DNA from: Candidatus Pacearchaeota archaeon
GTDB taxonomy: Archaea > Nanobdellota > Nanobdellia > Pacearchaeales > GW2011-AR1
DNA length: 54,866 bases
NCBI GenBank assembly: GCA_016204145.1
Contig: JACQLK010000010.1
Coordinates: 1-54,866 of the forward strand
Direction of reading: 5' to 3'
Made by a program: the position numbers and the translations under genes. How positions within the stretch are numbered: the stretch's first letter is position 1; each line of letters opens with the position of its first letter. Below the pieces are notes generated by a model. It was not told the origin of the DNA, ran no database searches, and saw nothing but the letters and a program-made list of their open reading frames with translations. Positions 18,327 to 26,592 of this stretch are shown in pieces.

Positions 18327-18881
18327 ATGCACGAAAAAGAGCATGTGATAAAAATTCTCGAAGAAACGAAAGACGCTTTGCTGAACAACGACGTTTTCAA
18401 ATTGAAGGAATTGAGCAATCAGACGGTGCATGCGGCGTCGACTGAACAGGACACGGACAGCATAACCCTCGCGATTATAATTTACTCGTTGAGCAAAGTC
18501 ATAGAGAGAAAATACAAATATGAAAAATCCTGCACCGGTTTCTGCAGATATTCCATGAAAGCGATTGAGCGCGCTATTGACTCGCTGAAAAAAGGCCAGG
18601 AGGAAAAATTCAGGAGAAATTTGCAGGAAATAATTGACAGCATAAACAAATTTTCCGGCGATTTCAAGGCGAATGTCGAGGACGTTTTCAGGAAAGCCAG
18701 GATAAACAAGGCATCGAAAATTTACGAGCACGGAATATCAATGGAGCAAACGGCGAAACTTTTGGGAATAACGATGTACGAGCTCGCGGGATATGTCGGG
18801 CAACAAGGGGCGCAAAATCCCCTTGCAAAAACAATCTCGGCAAAAGAGAGAATTAAAATCGCGGTGGATTTTTTCAGATGA
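18327..18881 (+). CDS. Hypothetical protein with a possible C-terminal HTH
   Basis: ISMEQTAKLLGITMYELAGYVG resembles an HTH. Otherwise unassigned. Confidence 0.45.
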   Translation: MHEKEHVIKILEETKDALLNNDVFKLKELSNQTVHAASTEQDTDSITLAIIIYSLSKVIERKYKYEKSCTGFCRYSMKAIERAIDSLKKGQEEKFRRNLQEIIDSINKFSGDFKANVEDVFRKARINKASKIYEHGISMEQTAKLLGITMYELAGYVGQQGAQNPLAKTISAKERIKIAVDFFR

Positions 18882-19435
18882 AAATAATTCTTGCAAGACA
18901 CGGGGAGTCGGAGCACAATGCAAAATTGACCGAAGACAAGGACTCAATTTTGACTGAAAGAGGAAGGATGCATACGGCATATCTGGGGAAAAAACTGAAA
19001 AAAGAAAACATATCCGAGGTTTACGCAAGCAATTTGAAGAGGGCAAAAGAAACTGCGGGGATAATTTCAAAAATAATAAAAGTCCCGGTTAAATATTTTT
19101 TTAGAGAATTAGACGAATATAGTGGAAAAAATCTAAAGTTTGCTATAATCGGGCTGTTTAATCTAAGATTAAGGAAATTAAAAAAAATCCTGAACAAGAT
19201 ATCCAAAGAGAGGGAAAAAGACAAGACAATTTTAATCGTTGCCCACGGCATTACCAACAGAATAATAATCGGGCATCTTCTCCAAATGCCGCTTAAAAAA
19301 CAGCTTCTTAGTCTTTGGCAACATAACACCGGGTTAAACGTCCTCTCTTGGAATAAAGACCATAAAAATTGGGGATTGGAATCCCTGAACGATTTGTCTC
19401 ATCTCCCTAAAAGATTAAAGGATGGTTTAAAATGA
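18878..19435 (+). CDS. Histidine phosphatase (phosphoglycerate mutase-like) family protein
   Basis: ILARHGESEHN (RHG motif) and LIVAHGITNR. Confidence 0.75.
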   Translation: MKIILARHGESEHNAKLTEDKDSILTERGRMHTAYLGKKLKKENISEVYASNLKRAKETAGIISKIIKVPVKYFFRELDEYSGKNLKFAIIGLFNLRLRKLKKILNKISKEREKDKTILIVAHGITNRIIIGHLLQMPLKKQLLSLWQHNTGLNVLSWNKDHKNWGLESLNDLSHLPKRLKDGLK

Positions 19436-19794
19436 ATCTAAATAAATTCCGCCACGAGATAAATTCGCTTATTTTCAACGGAATATTTGCAATTTTGACT
19501 TTGTTGACAGTGATAATTTTTTATAAGAACATTTTATTGACCACAGTTATCCTTTCCGTTCTCGCAATAATCGCGTTGTTAAAATGGAAAACCGCGAAAG
19601 TTTTTATTATTTTTATTTTAGGCGGATTTTTGGGAGCGTTTGCGGAAATAATCGGAGTAAATTACGGCGCTTGGAGTTATTCCTATGCAAGTTTCCTGGG
19701 CGTTCCCGCATGGATTTTCTTCTTTTGGGGAAACGCGGCGATATTTATCTATCGCCTTTCAAATGAAATTAAAAAGATAAAAATGAAAAAATGA
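19432..19794 (+). CDS. Small integral membrane protein
   Basis: Four hydrophobic segments. Its start and stop overlap neighbouring genes. Confidence 0.5.
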   Translation: MNLNKFRHEINSLIFNGIFAILTLLTVIIFYKNILLTTVILSVLAIIALLKWKTAKVFIIFILGGFLGAFAEIIGVNYGAWSYSYASFLGVPAWIFFFWGNAAIFIYRLSNEIKKIKMKK

Positions 19795-20216
19795 AAATCC
19801 GCAAGGCGGCGATGAAAGACGCGAAAAGAATTTTGGAACTGCTGAACAGCGACGATAATTTAAGCGTTAATATGACAAGAGGGGATTATCGCGGAGAGGA
19901 TATTAAAGATTATATTGCTAAAAAAATAAATCAAACTTTTGTTTATGAAGAGGACGGGAAAGTGGTGGGAGTTGTCGTGTCTCAATTTTGGACGACTTAT
20001 TTTCACTTGAATCTCATAGTTATTGATAAGAATTATCGCGGCAAGGGAATAGGCGCGCAACTTGTCAAACACGTTGAAACATTGGCAAAAAAAAGAGGCA
20101 TAGGATATGTTGAGTTGGTTACCGAAGAAAAAAACTCTCAGATGCAGCGTCTTATGGATAAATTAAATTACAGGAAAGGAAATAAATTTCTTTCTTATTG
20201 CAAAGACCTAAAATGA
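19791..20216 (+). CDS. GNAT-family N-acetyltransferase
   Basis: The YRGKGIGAQLVKHVETLAKKRG acetyl-CoA binding motif. Confidence 0.8.
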   Translation: MKIRKAAMKDAKRILELLNSDDNLSVNMTRGDYRGEDIKDYIAKKINQTFVYEEDGKVVGVVVSQFWTTYFHLNLIVIDKNYRGKGIGAQLVKHVETLAKKRGIGYVELVTEEKNSQMQRLMDKLNYRKGNKFLSYCKDLK

Positions 20217-20896
20217 CGCAAAAAGTTTTAATTTTCGACTCCGGCGCGCTGATAAGCTTGGCGATGTCCGGGCTTATTGGAGAGATAAGAAACCTCAAGA
20301 AAATATTTGACGGAAAATTCATGATAACCCGGAGCGTCAAAGGAGAGGTGATAGACAAGCCGCTCACGATAAAAAGATTTGAGCTTGAGGCGATGATGAT
20401 TCAACAGCTTCTTGACGATAAAATTCTTGAGGCGCCTTCATCTTTGGGAATCGGAGACGGCGAAATAATGGAAGAAACGCGTAAAATTCTTGACGCTTCA
20501 AACAATATCTTTTACACGAGAAAGCGCCCGGTTCACTTGATTGACGTCGGAGAGGCGTCGTGCCTTGCGTTGAGCCGGATTTTGAGCGGCAAAAAAATTG
20601 AAAATATAATTGCGATTGACGAGAGAACGACAAGGATGCTGGGAGAAAAGCCGGATAATTTAAAGAAGCTTATGGAAAGCAAATTGCACATGCCTATTTT
20701 TGAAAAAAAAGACGATTACAAATTTTTCAGGGGATTCAAATTCATCCGCTCCACGGAATTGGTTTACGTCGCATACAAAAAAAATTTGATTCCGATAAAA
20801 AACAAAAATCTTCTTGACGCGCTTCTTTACGCCCTGAAATCAAACGGCGCGGCGATTTCCGAAGACGAAATCGCGGAAATAAAGAGGATTGGGTGA
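20213..20896 (+). CDS. Hypothetical protein, possibly a PIN-like fold
   Basis: VLIFDSGALISL at the N-terminus, with later acidic positions (DVGEAS, AIDERT). The ATG at 20213 forms an ATGA overlap with the GNAT stop. Confidence 0.4.
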   Translation: MTQKVLIFDSGALISLAMSGLIGEIRNLKKIFDGKFMITRSVKGEVIDKPLTIKRFELEAMMIQQLLDDKILEAPSSLGIGDGEIMEETRKILDASNNIFYTRKRPVHLIDVGEASCLALSRILSGKKIENIIAIDERTTRMLGEKPDNLKKLMESKLHMPIFEKKDDYKFFRGFKFIRSTELVYVAYKKNLIPIKNKNLLDALLYALKSNGAAISEDEIAEIKRIG

Positions 20897-20898
20897 AA

Positions 20899-21228
20899 TT
20901 ATCTTATTAACTTTACTGAAGATATCAAGGTGATAAAAAAAGTTATGAAATAACCTACGATTGCTAAAAAATTACTATCTTTATTACTTTGGTTTAATGA
21001 TAAGGAATAATCTGATAATTTTATACTAAGTTCACTATTTATGCACAAGGGGGTTTTATCTCCCCACACTAAAATTTCTTCTCCGCCAGAGCAATATGTG
21101 ATCCTTGAAACATCCATTGGCGAAAGATACGGAAATTCTTGGAGATATAAAGATAGATGCATTACGATTAAAACCAAAAAAATAAAGTTTAACGGAAAAA
21201 TGATCTTATTAGTTATTTTAATTTCCAT
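20899..21228 (-). CDS. Hypothetical two-TM membrane protein
   Basis: An internal Met start avoids overlap with tRNA-Trp. TM segments at both ends. Confidence 0.3.
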   Translation of the reverse strand: MEIKITNKIIFPLNFIFLVLIVMHLSLYLQEFPYLSPMDVSRITYCSGGEEILVWGDKTPLCINSELSIKLSDYSLSLNQSNKDSNFLAIVGYFITFFITLISSVKLIR

Positions 21229-21240
21229 CTTCTTCAAAAA

Positions 21241-21334
21241 TGGGCACGGAGGGAATCGAACCCCCATCTCCTGGGCTCTCCGCAAATTTTATTCTGCGCT
21301 GGAGCCAGGTAGTCTGCCACTAGCCTACGCACCC
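21241..21334 (-). tRNA. tRNA-Trp(CCA) with a 23-nt canonical intron (21276-21298)
   Basis: The reverse complement reads GGGTGCG..GGGGGTTCGATTCCCTCCGTGCCCA. There is a 7-bp acceptor stem (two G-U pairs), a T arm, and a 5-bp anticodon stem CCTGG/CCAGG. A bulge-helix-bulge motif gives the spliced loop CUCCAGC. An oligo-T tract follows the 3' end. D-stem pairing is weak. Confidence 0.75.
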
Positions 21335-21383
21335 TGTATAATACTAAAGAAAAAGTTTATTTTTAATGGTTCCCATTAGCAAA

Positions 21384-21563
21384 TCACTCATCCTCTTCCA
21401 TATCGTCCAGCGTCAGTTTCCAGCGATTTTCCTGATAATCTTTCCATTCTTCTTTCTTTTTAATGGAGCATTTGTCGCAATATTTTCTCTTGAATTTCGG
21501 GCGCTGAACCACGTCGACTTCCTTTCCGCATTCCGCGCATTGTATGTTTATCGTTCTGCTCAT
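21384..21563 (-). CDS. 59-aa zinc-ribbon protein
   Basis: Manual translation: MSRTINIQCAECGKEV...RKYCDKCSIKKKEEW...EEDE, with a CxxC-x16-CxxC pattern. It lies antisense to the implausible hydrophobic track ORF 21366-21578. Confidence 0.45.
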   Translation of the reverse strand: MSRTINIQCAECGKEVDVVQRPKFKRKYCDKCSIKKKEEWKDYQENRWKLTLDDMEEDE

Positions 21564-21631
21564 TATTGTCTTAAATAAATTATAGATATAAAAAATTATC
21601 TGTAACTAAAATTTATTTTTCGAAAACAGAA

Positions 21632-21829
21632 TTATCTCTTCGGAGCATGCTCCCTGATTTTATCCATAAAACGCGAGGCCTTTAAAATTTCTATTCCTAT
21701 AACCTTCCCGTTCTTGTCCAATTCCATATTTATTCCCGGGGCTATTTCCTCAAAACTTTCTTCCTCTCCCCCTTCCAAGAAAATGAAAAGAGAGTCGGAT
21801 TTTTCGTCATAATTGTATTTTTTATTCAT
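21632..21829 (-). CDS. DUF2283-family small protein (antitoxin-like)
   Basis: YDEKSDSLFIFL...GINMELDKNGKVIGIEILKAS is the DUF2283 pattern. Confidence 0.6.
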   Translation of the reverse strand: MNKKYNYDEKSDSLFIFLEGGEEESFEEIAPGINMELDKNGKVIGIEILKASRFMDKIREHAPKR

Positions 21830-22028
21830 TTTTTATCCATCTTCCGTTAAATAATCTGTTTGTTATTTTTTCATCGCTTATGGGATGAATCGTCACTATT
21901 TCTATTCTTTCGCCATACGCTTCATAAGCAATCATCATATTTCTCAATTTGTCGTTATATTTAAGCTTTTTTATCGCAATATGCGTTCTTTCAATTTTGT
22001 CAAAAAAATTTCTGTTCCGATTTTTCAT
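21822..22028 (-). CDS. DUF4258-like small protein (toxin-like)
   Basis: Overlaps the DUF2283 gene by 8 nt. The ...GERIEIVTIHP ending resembles DUF4258. Confidence 0.45.
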   Translation of the reverse strand: MKNRNRNFFDKIERTHIAIKKLKYNDKLRNMMIAYEAYGERIEIVTIHPISDEKITNRLFNGRWIKNE

Positions 22029-22267
22029 AAATTAATTTGGGATAATGTTCTGGAATTTTCCTGATGTTTAATCTTAAACTTAAATGAGGCGTGTAGATTA
22101 TTTCCATATTCAATCTATATCTATGGGTAAAATAAATTTTTAAGCTTAATCTATTTCTCAAAAACGACATCCCTAAACATTTAAAAACCGTCATTCTATA
22201 TGATTTGCAGATACAACTAGTAACAACTTAGTGTTTCTAAAACCAATTAAATAAATTATCGGATAAA

Positions 22268-22453
22268 ATGAAAGGCACTGTAAAATTTTTCAACGAAGTC
22301 AAGGAATTCGGATTCATAACCGGCGAAGACGGCAAGGACTATTTTGTCCACAGAAGCGCGTTGAGCGACGGCATGACTATAGGCGAAGGCGACTCTGTTG
22401 AATTCGACGTCGAGAAAGGCGAAAAAGGGCTCAAAGCTGTTAAGGTTCATTAA
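22268..22453 (+). CDS. csp: Cold-shock domain protein
   Basis: [32 protein letters not shown] contains RNP1/RNP2-like motifs. Confidence 0.9.
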   Translation: MKGTVKFFNEVKEFGFITGEDGKDYFVHRSALSDGMTIGEGDSVEFDVEKGEKGLKAVKVH

Positions 22454-22765
22454 ACTCTTTGGATTTGTTTTTCTTTCTAAGCAGATAAATTTGTTTAGCT
22501 TTGCCTGTTTGTTTGCCGCTCCGAGCCGGATTTCATCGCGGCGCTTCGCTTAAGAAAAATTTTAATCCAAATATATCGCGCAATTTTATCAATTATTGTC
22601 TTACGGGGATTTCTACTACTTCTTAGAGAATACGCTTATTTTTAAATCAACAAAAAATAATTATTCTGCTTCCATGAAAATGGGGCAAAAGGAGATAAAA
22701 TCTCCGCGTTTCGGAAGAAGTGATAAAAGTGTCAATTAAAAAAATCAGGTTAAGGGTGTTCTTGC

Positions 22766-22885
22766 ATGTCTTTTGACGGCTCGCATTATGTGTGTTCAAA
22801 GCACAAAAAGGAAAAGCATTACAGCCCGGCAGACGAGAGGTGGTTCTGCTCCGATTGCGAAATTGAAGGCAAATACGGGAAATAA
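22766..22885 (+). CDS. Possible 39-aa Cys-containing micro-protein
   Basis: Manual translation: MSFDGSHYVCSKHKKEKHYSPADERWFCSDCEIEGKYGK. No other support. Confidence 0.2.
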   Translation: MSFDGSHYVCSKHKKEKHYSPADERWFCSDCEIEGKYGK

Positions 22886-22908
22886 TTTAAACATCGCTTA
22901 ATGGAGAC

Positions 22909-23106
22909 ATGGCAAACAAATTAGTTCGATTTATCGACAAAATCTCGGCCGCGCTTTTGATTCTCGGCGGATTGATACTCGGTTTTATGGGAGTTTTGAA
23001 TTTTAATTTGCAGTTTGCAAATTTAACGCCATTTTTGATTTCTCTGTTCTACGCAATCGTCGGCTTGTCCGCAATATGGGGCATTTTCAGGAGGATTAAA
23101 TCATAA
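22909..23106 (+). CDS. DUF378-family small membrane protein
   Basis: Two TM helices. LILGGLILGFMGVLNFNL ... YAIVGLSAIWGI is the DUF378 pattern. Confidence 0.6.
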   Translation: MANKLVRFIDKISAALLILGGLILGFMGVLNFNLQFANLTPFLISLFYAIVGLSAIWGIFRRIKS

Positions 23107-23261
23107 TGATTTATCTTAAATGCGGCTGTTCAATAAAGGAAGATGGAACGTTTGTCGTCGGGAAAAGGTGCGAATATTGCGCGGAATGCAACGCAATGGT
23201 TGAACTGCATCCTTTCGGAGAAAAGCGATTTGAGGAATTGGGATTTCATTCTCATCACTAA
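23106..23261 (+). CDS. Possible 51-aa Cys-rich micro-protein
   Basis: Its ATG overlaps the preceding stop (TAATG). Translation: MIYLKCGCS...KRCEYCAECNAM... Confidence 0.25.
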   Translation: MIYLKCGCSIKEDGTFVVGKRCEYCAECNAMVELHPFGEKRFEELGFHSHH

Positions 23262-23305
23262 TTGTTTACAATAATTGATTTAAACCCTTTTTATTTTTCT
23301 TAATT

Positions 23306-24394
23306 ATGGAAAGCAGCGCCGATTTTAAAAAACAGGCATCGCAAATTCTTTACGAGGCGTCAAAGCGGACTTGGGAAAACAGAAAAGGAAGAATCGGCGA
23401 GGTCATATCTTCTTCCGAAGATTTTAGAGGTCCTCGCGGAATTGATATTTCCGAATTGCCCAAAGGAACAAGGTTGTACGGAGGAATGGACGGCGTCGGA
23501 AACAAGATTGAAATTGCCGAGAGAATGAAAAATCACAGGACAATGGCGTCGGGCTTGGTTGAAATGGTTTGCGGCGACAAAGTTCGCGAAGGAATGGAGC
23601 CGATTTTTATAATGTCAAACATTGATGTTAATTCTCTAAACGGAAATATTGGCATTGTAAAAGAGATAGTCGAAGGATATGTTGAGGCCGCGAAAGAAGC
23701 GGACGTCGTGATTCTCAACGGAGAAATCGCGGAATTGGGAAAAAGAATTTCAGGATACGGGAATTTTAATTACACTTGGTGCGCAAGCGCGATAGGAATT
23801 GGAAGAGCGGAAAGAATTCTTGACGGAAGAAAAATAAAAATTGGTGATGCTCTCGTCGGATTGGAAGAGCCGGGTTTTCGCTCAAACGGGCTCTCAAAAC
23901 TTCTTGAAATTATGGAAAAAAATTTCGGCGAACATTGGCACGAACTTTCTTTTGAAGGAAAAAAGAAATTCGGAGAGTACGGACTTGTTCCCGCGAAAAT
24001 TTACACTCGCGCCGTCGTTGAAATGTTCGGCGGATATGACCGGGAGCCGAAAGCGGAAATTCACGGCATAGCGCACATAACCGGGGACGGAATTCCGGAA
24101 AAACTTTCAAGCGCTTTAAATGGAACAGGACTTGGCGCGCATGTTGAGCCGTTTGAGCCAAATGATTTTATAAAATATCTCCAATACATTGGAAAAATCG
24201 ACGATGCTCTGGCATACAGAACATGGAACATGGGGCAAGGCATGATAATCATAACTTCCGAGCCGGAAAAAGTAATGAATGTCGCATCGTTTCATAATAT
24301 TGAATCAAAGATTATCGGCGAGATTACAAAAAATCCCGGAATTACAATAAAAAGCAAAGGATATTATTCCGAAGAGGAGGAGTTAAGATTTTGA
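23306..24394 (+). CDS. purM: AIR synthase (PurM)-like protein
   Basis: GGMDGVGNKIEIAE, the ILNGEIAELG and HGIAHITGDG motifs, and the NMGQGMIII C-terminal domain. Confidence 0.7.
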   Translation: MESSADFKKQASQILYEASKRTWENRKGRIGEVISSSEDFRGPRGIDISELPKGTRLYGGMDGVGNKIEIAERMKNHRTMASGLVEMVCGDKVREGMEPIFIMSNIDVNSLNGNIGIVKEIVEGYVEAAKEADVVILNGEIAELGKRISGYGNFNYTWCASAIGIGRAERILDGRKIKIGDALVGLEEPGFRSNGLSKLLEIMEKNFGEHWHELSFEGKKKFGEYGLVPAKIYTRAVVEMFGGYDREPKAEIHGIAHITGDGIPEKLSSALNGTGLGAHVEPFEPNDFIKYLQYIGKIDDALAYRTWNMGQGMIIITSEPEKVMNVASFHNIESKIIGEITKNPGITIKSKGYYSEEEELRF

Positions 24395-25126
24395 TTATCT
24401 CAATCTCCCGACTTTCCCGAAATCAAAAATTTTCCCGTCGTCTCCGATTGCGTGGACTTTGAATTTCTGAATCTCCCTTGCAGGAATTATTGAAAAATTC
24501 TCGTCTCTCCCGTAATTTTTTTCGTTTACCGCGCTTCCTTCGACAGTTCCAAAAAAACTCGGAAGAATGAAAACCTCTTTGCCTTTGTAATTTCCCGTAA
24601 GAAAACATTTGTATTTCTCCCGTTTGATGTTTGCCTTGTCCGAGAGAATAATAGACGGATGCAAATGCCCGAAAACCCACGTTTTTACTTTCTCGTCTGA
24701 CAATTGCGAAAACTCCATGTGCCCGTGGAAAAACATAATTCCTTTTGAAAAATAATAATTTTTCATTTTCTTTCCGGAGAAATCAAACTTGTCGTGATTT
24801 CCCTTTATCAAAATTATATCCGAGTCCTTAACGTAATTTCCCAAAAAATCAAGAATTTTGCCGAAGTTGAATTTTTCCTTCCATTCGTAGTTGAAATAAT
24901 GCTTTATGTCTCCGAGAAAAATTATTTTTTTCAGCTCATAATTTTTCCGCTTTATTTCTTCAATAATCTTTTTCAAATCCGCGATGATCTCTCCAACCTG
25001 CCTTTCCGGAATGAGAATTCCCGATTGCTGAACCGCGTGCTCGTATCCCACATGAAGATCTCCGACTGCGAGAATCCCGCTTTCAGGGAAGAAAAGCGAT
25101 TTGTCAACAAATACATAATTTTCCAT
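24395..25126 (-). CDS. Calcineurin-like metallophosphoesterase (archaeal SbcD/Mre11-related type)
   Basis: VGDLHVG, FLGDIKH, KGNHD and FGHLHP metal-binding motifs. Confidence 0.75.
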   Translation of the reverse strand: MENYVFVDKSLFFPESGILAVGDLHVGYEHAVQQSGILIPERQVGEIIADLKKIIEEIKRKNYELKKIIFLGDIKHYFNYEWKEKFNFGKILDFLGNYVKDSDIILIKGNHDKFDFSGKKMKNYYFSKGIMFFHGHMEFSQLSDEKVKTWVFGHLHPSIILSDKANIKREKYKCFLTGNYKGKEVFILPSFFGTVEGSAVNEKNYGRDENFSIIPAREIQKFKVHAIGDDGKIFDFGKVGRLR

Positions 25127-25141
25127 GGAAATGTTTTTAAA
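25118..25141. repeat. 24-nt element attttccatggaaatgtttttaaa, copy 1 (contains the perfect palindrome TTCCATGGAA)
   Basis: Identical to 25466-25489. It spans the metallophosphoesterase start codon and the divergent promoter region. Confidence 0.85.
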
Positions 25142-25162
25142 CTAAAATATTAAAATCTTTGG

Positions 25163-25435
25163 ATGAGCGAAGAAAACGGAAAAAGCAATATGTTGAAATA
25201 TTCTCATAAAGGCCGCCCGGTTTATGAATTCGACAGGGAAACCGGAACCCTAGGATTATCAATGTGCCGGAGCGACATTGAATATTTTTTAATCAAACAC
25301 CCGATGCCCATGGCTAAATTAACGTTGCCAATCCCGAACATGAACCCTGCATTTGAAAACGTAAAAAGCATAGAAGGTTTGTCAAGTCCCGACGGAAGAT
25401 ATTCGTTCAAATTTTATCGCCTGTTTTCCGGATAG
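25163..25435 (+). CDS. Hypothetical protein, tandem paralog A
   Basis: GRPVYEFDRETGTLGLSM...IEYFLIKHPMPMAKLTLPIP aligns with the next ORF. Confidence 0.5.
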   Translation: MSEENGKSNMLKYSHKGRPVYEFDRETGTLGLSMCRSDIEYFLIKHPMPMAKLTLPIPNMNPAFENVKSIEGLSSPDGRYSFKFYRLFSG

Positions 25436-25465
25436 AATCGCCTTTTCATCTTTTAAATTCTCCGC

Positions 25466-25489
25466 ATTTTCCATGGAAATGTTTTTAAA
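25466..25489. repeat. 24-nt element, copy 2
   Basis: Exact copy lying 348 nt downstream of copy 1. Confidence 0.85.
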
Positions 25490-25518
25490 TTTTGAATATT
25501 AATACTTGAATAAACGGG

Positions 25519-25827
25519 TTGGGAAAAATTCTGGAGCCGTTTAAAGGAATAGTCGCGCCAAGAACCGGGATATTTGATGGTTATGTAAACGGCCGCCAAA
25601 TTTACAGATTTGATAAATCAACAAGAATCCTGGAACTTTCTATAAGTCCTGAAGAAATTGAAAATTTTTTGGTTGATTATATTATGCCAATGAATGTTTT
25701 AACGCTGCCTCCGCCGGTCCGCCGGACGTTTGAACGGGTAAAAAAAGTTGATAATCTCCCTCCGGGAAAGAGCGGAAAATATTATTTCGGATATGGGGAC
25801 TACGGGTTTTATATAGTGCAAGATTAA
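25519..25827 (+). CDS. Hypothetical protein, tandem paralog B
   Basis: GRQIYRFDKSTRILELSI...IENFLVDYIMPMNVLTLPPP aligns with paralog A. Confidence 0.5.
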   Translation: MGKILEPFKGIVAPRTGIFDGYVNGRQIYRFDKSTRILELSISPEEIENFLVDYIMPMNVLTLPPPVRRTFERVKKVDNLPPGKSGKYYFGYGDYGFYIVQD

Positions 25828-25868
25828 AAAAATTAATTTTCCTCAAAGAAAACTTATTTTCAAATTCA

Positions 25869-26144
25869 TCAGAATTTCTTCTTATAAATGTTGTCGTGAT
25901 GGTCAAAGTCCTCAAAATAAATCAAACGGTCTTTAACATTGAATCTAAAAATTAACACAAAATGTCCTATATGCACTCTTTTAAATTCTTTCAGATCATG
26001 GCTTAGATTCTTATAATGTTCAATATTTTCAGAATTGACAATTTCTCCAATTTTCTTTTTTATTTGGAGGTATAACTCTTGATTTTTCCTCTCCAATTTG
26101 GCTAAAATTTTTTCAAGTTTCTTCTCAATTCTAAATTTATACAT
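25869..26144 (-). CDS. RelE/ParE-superfamily toxin
   Basis: HYKNLSHDLKEFKRVHIGHFVLIFRF...YFEDFDHHDNIYK. Overlaps the upstream antitoxin gene by 8 nt. Confidence 0.7.
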   Translation of the reverse strand: MYKFRIEKKLEKILAKLERKNQELYLQIKKKIGEIVNSENIEHYKNLSHDLKEFKRVHIGHFVLIFRFNVKDRLIYFEDFDHHDNIYKKKF

Positions 26145-26382
26145 TTGATTTAAGATGCCGGTCTAATTCTTCCACAGAACTAAATACCATGCCGTATTCT
26201 TTGTCAATTTTCTTCAATTTTTCCAAATACTCCGGTCTCAGCTCGGGCTCAAGAAAACTTTCCATGTAAATTTTTGCAATCATCGCGACCGCTTGCGACT
26301 TGTTTTTTAATCCGTATTTTGCCTTCACTATGTTTAAAATTCTGTCCTCATTCTCGTCTATGTCAATAATGCTTTGAACCAT
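26137..26382 (-). CDS. Cognate antitoxin-like protein
   Basis: RILNIVKAKYGLKNKSQAV is shared with the ORF at 37673. Its position upstream of the toxin fits an antitoxin. Confidence 0.55.
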   Translation of the reverse strand: MVQSIIDIDENEDRILNIVKAKYGLKNKSQAVAMIAKIYMESFLEPELRPEYLEKLKKIDKEYGMVFSSVEELDRHLKSNV

Positions 26383-26592
26383 TTTATCTTTTATTATGTT
26401 TTATAATGAATTATAATGTTTATAAATTTGTTGGCTTTTCCAGTTCTGTTGAAAACCTAGTTAACTGCGAGGTTTAGATTGTGACAGATTGCCTTGCAAT
26501 AAATTTCCGAATTAATGCTTCTAAAATTTTTTTCCAAAAACACTTCCGCCGTATTTTCTTTTTAACATAAGGGTTAATAAAAATTTAATTTC

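Noticed and set aside
21041-21379. Plus-strand ORF 21041-21379 and the N-terminal 19 codons of minus ORF 20899-21285
   Set aside because: Both run across the tRNA-Trp gene. They are treated as artefacts.
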